From contig NW_027192205.1 in NCBI RefSeq assembly GCF_041956535.1, forward strand, positions 186,001 through 250,000: a DNA stretch of 64,000 nucleotides, read 5' to 3'. The notes under the pieces were generated by a model that was given only the letters and a program-made list of their open reading frames with translations, was not told where the DNA came from and did not search any database. The first letter of the stretch is position 1. Each line of letters opens with the position of its first letter. The stretch comes from Calcarisporiella thermophila CBS 279.70. Its lineage: Eukaryota > Fungi > Calcarisporiellomycota. Position numbers and translations under genes: made by a program. Shown piece by piece: positions 55,097 through 64,000 of the stretch.

Positions 55097-56839
55097 ATGT
55101 CCGGCTTCAAAATTGAAAATTTAGAAGATTACAGTATTCCATACAAGGAATCCGTAATTGGATTCTCATTGGCAATTTATCTACTGGAACAGTACCTCAA
55201 GTAAGATTTATCCTATATAATAATCTAGTCTGAAGTGCTCTAATCTGGCTTCATCTGACACACAGCTATCGGCAATATCGCAAGTACCTTGATCGCGAGC
55301 GCCCAAAACAACTTGAACCCATGGTGACTCAAGAAGATTTTTCTAAGGCACAAGCCTATGGTTCGGATAAGATCCGGTTCGAGTTCATTAGCGCATTTTA
55401 TGGCAGTGCACTGCAGGGCACCCTTCTACTTGTGTACGATGTATTGCCTTTATTGTGGAACTGGAGCGGGGATCTCATCATGAAATATGGAGGATATGGA
55501 CCCAAATATGAGGTAATTCATCTGGCGCTTATTTCCTTCCTGCATTCCCTATTGATTGATGTGAATGGAAATCTTGATTCATAGATAACTCAATCCATCG
55601 TCTTTTTTATCATCCTCAGCCTCATTAACGCCCTGCTCAACCTACCTGTGCAACTCTACTCTACATTCGTTATTGAGCAACGCCATGGATTCAACAACCA
55701 GACCCTGTCGCTTTTCTTCGCGGACCTGGCCAAGATGCTTCTTCTTGGTGGCGCTATTGGAATTCCGCTCCTAGCGGGTTTCTTGTGGATCGTGAAAGCT
55801 ACTGGAGACAACTTCTACTTCTATGTCTGGGTATTCATGTAAGTTAGCTCAGCTGGTGGCAAAGCTTTTTGCTCTAGGGTGACTCTAATTTTCCTTTTAT
55901 CCCACCTCGGTTTAGGATGGCGGTTCAGTTTATCCTCATCACCATCTACCCGACCCTCATCCAACCCCTCTTCAACAAATGCGATCCCCTTCCTGATGGC
56001 GAGCTTAAAACCCAGATCGAGGCTCTTGCATCACGCATCAAGTTCCCCCTAAAGAAGCTCTTTGTCATCGATGGAAGTAAGCGCAGCAATCACAGCAACG
56101 CGTACTTTTACGGATTTTTCAAAAACAAGCGTATTGTGCTGTTCGACACGCTCCTGCAACACTCGACTAACGATGAAATTGTTGCTGTCCTTGGTATGCC
56201 ATGTCCTTTAATGCTTGTGGTTTGCTCTAAGCATTTTGACGTTTGTTCCATTATCCATAGCCCACGAGCTTGGCCATTGGTCTCTCAGCCACACCCTCAA
56301 ACACCTCCTTATCGCACAGCTGCACCTCTTCATTGTGTTCTTCCTCTTTTCGCAGTTCATTCACAATTCTGCCCTCTACCGTTCTTTCGGCTTCGGCCCT
56401 GCCCAGCCAACCCTGATTGGGTTTATGCTCTTCCAATACATCTTCTCGCCAGTTGAGAATCTACTTAGCTTTTTGATGAACATTTTGAGTCGAAAGCACG
56501 AATACGAAGCTGGTGAGTTCTCCTTTTCATACGTAAATTAATATCATCCTCATTGACTTGGAATATTTGCTATTTCATTGGCACCTCAAGATGAATATGC
56601 AATGAAGCTCGGATACGCTGAGCAACTGAAATCGTCCCTGATCAAGCTGAGCGTGAAGAATAAAAACGGAATGCACTATGATCGGTAAGGGCGCGGTATT
56701 CTACCCCACCTCTAATCTCATGCTCACTCTCTTCATCCTATCCCTTAGGTATTATTCGGCTTATCATCATTCGCACCCGACGCTCCTTGAGCGATTACAG
56801 AAGCTGGAGGCAGAAGAAGAGAAGCCGAAAAAAGAGTAA
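55097..56839 (+). CDS. STE24: CAAX prenyl protease 1 (M48 zinc metalloprotease)
   Basis: TFVIEQRHGFN; IDGSKRSNHSNAYFYG; RIVLFDTL; zinc motif HELGH; EYEAD; HHSHPTLLERL. Confidence 0.96.
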
Positions 56840-57041
56840 GTTATCCGGAAGACAGCGAGAAACGGCTCTTTTCTTGTTTCATGTATATTTTCTATGGCCG
56901 TTGACAAAAAAAAAGCAAATGCACTGGCATTTCAAATAAACTACCTTTCGACTAAAATTTCGTCACTTAGCTCTAGAATAAAAAAAATCAGAATTTTTGT
57001 ATTTCTTAGTACCTCCAAAGTTTGTATGCTAATCCGGATTA

Positions 57042-58618
57042 ATGAACAGTACCCCTAGAGCACATCAAGACACTAAGCTAGGCCAATCCATCACAAAAAA
57101 GAGAAAGCATGTTGTCACCGATGGTGAGCATCCTCAAAACGCGCGCCATTATATCCGGGAACGAGATAAGCGGTATAAGCATCCGCCTATGGCCTCGAAT
57201 ACCGTGAATACATTAATACCGCCCTCCTCACATCGTTCAGCCTCAAGCGGGAATGTGGATGCAAGTGGTGCAAGTGAGGTGTCCACAAAGCGTCCGAAAA
57301 ATAGGGATACGAAAGATGCCCACTATCCATCGAAGAGGAGAAGAGATAATGCCTCGAACGAAAAGCCGAATGTGGGGACGAAAGAAATCGACACAAAGTC
57401 AAATGCTTCCATCGAAAGAAAAGGGTTGAAATCAACGTTAACCACGGAAAGTGATGAGGAGCTGAAAACCATGTTTGTATTGGGGAAGCAGAGGAGCAGG
57501 ACCAAGCAAAAACAGCGTCGACCTGAGGAAAAACTCGAGAAGTCGGCCTCTCACCTTAACTGCATCCCCACGGTCCGTTCTGTTCCTGCGGTTGCCAAAC
57601 GTTCTCTGCCCTGGACTTCGGTGCAGCGCCTCGTTCCCACGAATCACTGGAATAAGAGTGCCCATCGATCTGAGCTATTTCTGTCTTCAAAACCCACTCA
57701 TCGAAACGGTACTTCCAAGTCTGTAAGTAAGCCTGCGAACCATCCCAGTAGAAAAAATGGTACAAACCGATTGAAAACGCAGGGTGCGATGTTTAAAGCC
57801 CCATCGCCCCAGAGAGAGGTGACCGAACTTGAACCTTTTGATATTACATCGTGCGAGGTATCCCCTCTAACCATCACTGAAGAGCCACCCGGTATGCGTT
57901 TATTTATTTTCACACTTTCAGTTATTGCTGAATATGATTATCACTAATATTGTCTTGCTACGTCTCTGTTTTTTCATTATCTATAGACTCGCAAACCATG
58001 CTTTGTCCGCTTTGTCAAGAATCTACCCCACTTTCCCCATCGATCACCCTTAAGCTTGCTCACGCCAGAAAATACCCTCAAAACCTTACCCACATTTATG
58101 CCACCATATGCCGATCTCACCGGGCTGAAACTTCCATCGTGCCTGATGGAATCCGCAGAGGATACCCGTCCATCATCGACTTCTCTGAACTGCGCGTAAG
58201 AGTATCCGGGATGCTGGAGGACTTGCAACAAATCCGGGAAGAGAGCTATTTTAGGCGGATGGCCCTGCAGTTGTACACAAAGTTTGGTAGAACAAAGGCG
58301 CGACAGGCAGGAGTTTTGCTAGAAAATTTTCATGCGTCGTTACCCGGGTATTATGGACCAAGGGGTGCCTCGATCATTCTCGATACGCTAACGCGCTCTT
58401 TGTTGCATACACGCAAGCTCACTTTTGCTCAGACATCCCCGCAGCAGCCTATCGAGTATCTACAGCAGGTACTAGTGCCCGAAGTAGGTGTGAGGTTGAT
58501 CATGGAGGACAGGGGGATCGATGAAGAGGAAGCACGCAAAGTAATGAAAGAGAGCGCAGAGTTTGGAGCCTGTGTGCACGGAGATGAAGAGGAGTGGGAA
58601 GAGGAAAAAAAAATGTAA
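57042..58618 (+). CDS. RTC4-domain protein
   Basis: Basic low-complexity exon 1; exon 2 with CPLC, CRSHRAE, GYPSIIDF, PGYYGPRG, VLVPEV and ESAEFG. Confidence 0.82.
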
Positions 58619-58903
58619 TGCAAGCGACTTGTTTTTTATTTCACTCTAATCTCGTGTATTGAACTCTTAGCTCTTCTAATTGTGGTTTGTAAATCTTTTC
58701 GTGTAATAACTCTTTTTGAAAGGCCTATCCTAAGTAGTAATCATTCATTCACTCATCCAACGAACCCTTTGGGGTCGGGGTACACACCCGAGTGCGAAGA
58801 CAAGGACACTGTGTACAACATATATATCGTATACTAAATAGTCTATGGACGAAGAGGCGTGCAAGATAGAAATATCCTAGCTTAATTATACGGCCACTCT
58901 CCA

Positions 58904-60985
58904 TTATATAAAACGAATCGGAAGCGTTTCATTCACCATCGGGCGCCTGCTATTGATGGCTAAACCGCCTTGAACAGATGACATATTCATTGGAAGAGGG
59001 GGATACAATGGCCCTTGCGAGCTTGTGTTCTCTATCCTGAATTTCAATTTGGATCAGTACAAACCATTCTCACACCCATCCTCCTACTCCCAATACTCCA
59101 CAGATAGTTGGGAGAGAACAAATAGTCTCCAACTTACGGTATAGGTCTCGTAGTGTCCTCTTGAACTCGACTTGGTCGAACTCGCTTGGAGTAAATGAGA
59201 TAGAGCAAGACGAACCCATGCGGGATGAGTAGCAACAAAGCGTGGAGGTCAGCCCGGGGAAAAAGAAGAAGGACTCCGAGAATTGAAAACGCTAGAACCC
59301 AAAACCATTAAAATGAATAGGTGATTTTCTTCATAGATAGCCTCTATCACCCCACCTATCTGCACCAACCACCCTCGAAATGGCGTCGAAATAATCCACC
59401 AAAGTATGAAATACACTATCACGGTCCCATTCGTAATCAAAAAGTTGATCGTCTTGATCATGACCGTCCAGAGGCTCTCGTATTTTTCAATAGACACCGA
59501 TACGATATTTCTCGCGCTCAAGACGTCGGCCTTCAGATCCTCCATAGCCTCTTGCAAGCCGACCATCTGCTGGTGGAGATGGGAGAGTCTTTCAATATGT
59601 GAGCGAAAACCATTGTCCAATTCGGCCTGGGCTTTCATCTGGGACGTTAATATGTCGTCCATAGCTAAAATTGCTTGTTTCTTCAAAGTGGCCACCGATT
59701 CTATCACTAGGGAAAGGGAAGAGAGTGAGGCATGGAGTTCAGTCGACAGGGTCTTTGCGAAGCGTGTACTCTCATCGAGAGTGTCCTGAATGCCCCTAAC
59801 TCTCTCGACTCCAGCATCAAGCTGATGATGGAGAGCATGGGCAGTGGAAGAGAGGGTCTCGAATGAGTCAAAGATAGTGCGAGATACGTTGTCAAGTTTG
59901 CTCTCAAGCATCTCAACACGATGATTTAGACCTTGGATCAACTCCTGGAATTTTGTGTGAGCGAAATGAAGGTCCTCGATGATCTCGCCAGATTTTATCT
60001 ATAGAGGTGTAAATCGAACGGCTTAGTATCCTACTTTCTGTTTCGTAGGAACACATCGTCATTTCATGCTTTACCCAAGAGTGCTTTATCATCTTCTCCA
60101 GCTCGTTTTGCCGCTCAGTAATAAATTCAAACCAGGAGGTTTCTTGCTTAAAATGCTGCACGGCTCGCGCCTGCTGCTTTTCTAGCACGTCGTAATTGTT
60201 CAGCTGCAAACGAGTTATATTCCGATGAAGCTCTGCGATTATTTCGCGTTCTATTTCGTATCGCACTGCAAAACACATGCTAACTACAAGGAGAGACAAA
60301 AAGGAGAGCATTGGGAACTCGAGAGAAAGGAGGTTGCGCCAGACAGAGAAAGAACAAGATCTTCTTACCCACTTGACGAAAATAGGCACTATAAGAGGTC
60401 CAATGCTGGGGGACTTTGGATAAAAACCTGGGATGATAACGAAATTAGGTTTTTGACAGCCGTGGGGTTTCACAGAATAAATGCCAGTTACTTGATGCAT
60501 CTGTTCAAGCCACTCTGATCCTCCTTTTCACACTCTCCCGGTTTGGCTATCCCCGCCGTGGCCATCTCGCATATCGTCAACCGCATTGCGTCTAGTTGAG
60601 GAGAAAATAAATGGTCAAGTTGATGTCATGGAATTGGATTTTTGACACCTGCACTTTGCTTTCTGCAGTTCGCTCATATCCTCGCTCTTGCACCCCTTTT
60701 CAAGCCCCATTGCCGCACGCCGAAAGCAGCTATTCGGGCCCGATACATAAGCCTCAAGGGCGGCTAGACATAAGAGTTAGCTCATTTCACCCAATGTTGT
60801 CTAGTCCCATTCGGACACTGACCCATTCCGTCCTGTAATGCAGCCCGCTCTTCGGGCCCGGCCGTGAGCAGATTGAGATTCCAGGAGTCGTGTCCGGCCA
60901 AGCGTTTCTCATTAAAAAACCAACCGCCATGAACATGAATGCACCAGGTCAGGAGAAGAAAGAATATGAAACTGAAATGAGTCAT
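58904..60985 (-). CDS. KAR5: Kar5/Tht1/GEX1-like nuclear fusion protein
   Basis: Signal peptide MTHFSFIFFLLLTWCIHVHG; Cys-rich domain with LTICEMATAG...EC and MCFAVRYE; long coiled-coil; C-terminal TM segments. Confidence 0.78.
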
Positions 60986-61163
60986 TTGGGCAGGTTCCAC
61001 GGTGGAGCCAGGAGACCTTTGGAACGATTTTTATAGCCATCGCCACCCGTTGGGTTTAAAGTCACAATAAACTTCTCTTTGTTAAGTAGGAGGAGGAATT
61101 GCAGGGGAAATTAATAAAACACGAGACAGGCTATAAATAACTAGAAAAAGATACATCTATTTT

Positions 61164-63123
61164 TTAAACAACGCTTCCGCCACTTCCGACTTTTCTGGGG
61201 TCGGCGGCGGCCTCCCATCCTGGCTGCTCTGCGCTGGTGGTAGGCACCCTCAAAACCATTTGCGCACCGGTCAGCGGGCGGGTCCTCGTGACATTGTGTC
61301 CAAGCGAGGCGAGGAAGTCGGCCGTACCCTGGTCGTAACTGTTTTCAGCAAGCGTCACGGCGGGGAGGATTTGGTCGTGAAGGCGTGGATAGGCGATGGC
61401 CTCGGCTGCAATGAGCGAGAAAATGGGTTGAGTTCTCACTCAGGGAGGATATTAAAAGGAGAGAAAACAATACTCACTCGCAGTCATGTTGAGGTCCACC
61501 ACGTTGATGATGGACTGCAGCACGGCGGTAATAATGCGAGAGCCACCGGCTGCTCCGACACTCAAAAAGACCTCTCCGTCCCTCTCGATGATGGTGGTGG
61601 AGATGCTCGACAGGGGGCGCTTGCCGGGGGCGATGTAGTTCGAGGGGGTGCCGATGTAGCCGAACGCATTCGAGCGGCCGGGGGTGGAGAAGTCGTCCAT
61701 CTGGTTGTTCAAGATGATGCCGGTGTCGTTGGTCATGACCTGGGAGCCCCAGATAAGGTTGACGGTCGAGGTCAAGGCGGCCGCATAGCCCTCGGAGTCG
61801 CCGGAGCTCATGTGCGACGTGCCGCCGTCGGTCTTGATTTCGTAGCCCTTGGGGTCGTAGTACTCGGTGGTGTGGGTGGCGTTGTCGGTGATGCGGCTGC
61901 GGAGCTCGGCGGCGAGATCCTTGGAGAGGAACTGGTTGACGAGCTCGGTCACGTTTTGCACGTAGTCAGGGTCGCCAAGCACCGTCCTCTGCCCGTAGCC
62001 GAACTTCATGGCCTCGACAAGGCGGTGAGCGGTGAGGTTGTCTCGCTGGAGCGTGAAGCCCTCGAGGATGTTGAGGTCGGAGAGCACCACCGCTCCGCTG
62101 CAGGGAGGCGAGCACGTGTACACGTCGAGACCCCGGTACGTGGTGTGCAGAGGCTCGCGCTTCTTCACCACATAGCTGCTTAGGTCCTCGAGGGTCAGGA
62201 TTCCTCCGCGCTCCTGCGTGGCCCGCACGATGCTCTCGGCGATCGGCCCCGAGTAGAATGCACTGGCGCCCTTCTCGGCGATGGCCTGCAGGGTGTCGGC
62301 AAGCTTAGTGTTGCGGATGATGTCGCCCTCCTTTGCGACCGTGCCGTTGGGCGCATACACCTCCTTCCACTGGGGATAGTCTAGGATGAAGGCGCTTTCG
62401 TTCTTGTCCGCGAGCTGGGAAGCCACCTCTCCCAGGACGGGGAACCCGTTGCGCGCAAGCTGAATGGAGGGCTCCACGAGCTTGGCCCAGGGGAGACGCC
62501 CGTGGTCTTTGTGCATTGTCTCAAAGCCGAGGATTTGACCTGGAGAGCGATGGCAAGAGATGAGGCTGTGGCTCGACGGCCCGCGAGTGGGGAGGAAAGA
62601 GGGGGGAGGGCCTTACCAGGGACGCCGACGGCCAAGCCTCCGATGGTGGAAGCGGTCTTATCCTTGTCGAGGTACATGGTCTCGTTCGAGGCGGCCGGGG
62701 CCATCTCACGGAAGTCGTAGAACACGCGCTCGCCCTTGGGGGTTCGGATGAGGGCGAAACCTATCCAGGCCAGCCCGGGTTAGAGGACGGCCGCGGGGGA
62801 AGCAAGCAGTATGGAAAGCAGCGGTCTCTTACCTCCTCCGCCAATCCCGCTGTGGTGTCCCGACATGACGCCGACACTATAGCATCCCGCGTTAGGAGGA
62901 TCTCTGCGCCACCCGGGTGGCCCGCAACAAGCACTTACCAGAAAGCGGTAGCAATGATGGAGTCGACGGCGTTGCCCCCCTGCGTGAGCATGGACGTGCC
63001 GATGTCAGAGCAGATCTTGGACTCGCAGGCGACGGCCCCGTGGGCGGTTTCGCGGCGCACAAGCGGGGCGGCGGCGACTCCGTGGAGGAGCGCTCCGCCC
63101 ATCAGCAGCAGTTGCAGTTTCAT
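61164..63123 (-). CDS. Gamma-glutamyltranspeptidase with a predicted cleavable signal peptide
   Basis: HGAVACES; GGNAVD; DFREMAP; GVPGQI; autocatalytic Thr in GTSHMS; LNNQMDDFS; PGKRPLSS; GAAGGSRI; AAADPRK. Confidence 0.95.
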
Positions 63124-64000
63124 CGAGGGACGCTTGGAGACTAGGAAAAGAGGGGGAGAGCGAGCGTGGGAGCAAGGGGGAGACCGGCCACCAAGGGACA
63201 AGCTTAAGTTATATATAGGCGCCGGATTTTGTTGACCGGCGACACAAGGATTCTCCTGGCCCCACTGTTTGCAGGCCGGTTTCGAGCCCAGCGCGCGTGG
63301 CCGCACCCCCCCCCAAGCAATCTCCATGTCTCGCAGGCTAATCATCGCCGTCGCACAATTTAAATTCGAGAAACACAAGAGCTCGCTTTTCGCACTCAGT
63401 CCCAGTGAGTTAGGCTCATATTAAAGGTGATGCAACCTGAAATCTCGCACGCGATTCGCCCGCCCCCCCCCCCGAATCCTTTTTCCGGGCCCTCAGAAGG
63501 CGAGGGCTCTCTGGCAGGCCCAGATGCCCAATCGCACGCAGGCGGGCGAGGCACCATTCTTACTAAAGACTCTGCGCACCACGCGAGCAGCGGTGTTCGG
63601 CAGGGTCATGGGTGCATCCTCCCGCAGCCGGCTCTAAGCGCAGGCCTAGGACCTTCTGTTTCGAAAAGGCCGCCCCGCTGCTCAGCCCTTTTCCCACCCC
63701 GTGCTCCTTCGGCCCGTTAGCGTCGGCCCTGCAATGGTCTCCACTCGACTCTGCCCTTCTGACACTATTCCCCGTTGTTTGTGGCAAGTGTGATGACGTC
63801 ACTGGGATAATCTGCCGATGGGCTGGATTTCTCTCCTTCGAGGTAAAACCCCGTCCCGTTTATTTTGGTTTTCAACCATCGCGATAATTTCCAGCGGCTC
63901 CAACACCCCCCCCCCCCCCCGGCATAATGGAACCATGGCTTCACTACCCCTCCAATATCCCCTCCACCTTCACTGTCTGCACAATGAAGTCCCCGCCTCG

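Noticed and set aside
61260-62183. 307-aa plus-strand ORF
   Set aside because: It is an antisense shadow of the GC-rich GGT coding sequence. The same applies to 15785..16405, 32911..33423 and 41890..42366.

Overview
This is gene-dense eukaryotic DNA with many short GT-AG introns. Gene content suggests an early-diverging fungus, probably Mucoromycota (inference). About 21 conserved protein genes can be read: a Fus1-like SH3 membrane protein, CCH1, NADPH-P450 reductase, UBA1, SNRNP35 (minor spliceosome U11-35K), TIM44, TERT, a YAK1 kinase, UTP23, glycogen synthase, BCS1, an E2 enzyme, a TLC-domain protein, a rhomboid protease, STK19, PAT1, RPS21, a phosducin-like protein, STE24, an RTC4-like protein, a KAR5-like protein and gamma-glutamyltranspeptidase. 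I recognised no tRNA, rRNA, CRISPR array or intact transposon. The best lead is in SNRNP35. Its unusually long first intron has a perfect U12-type donor motif (ATATCCTTT) 7 nt inside the U2 donor, and using that site would add an in-frame stop, suggesting a minor-spliceosome feedback loop. Other leads are a hairpin-rich segment upstream of TERT, a decaying accessory island at 47.3-49.5 kb, and a sharp GC rise at the right end. Exon boundaries were traced by eye and all family calls come from motif recognition, not database searches.
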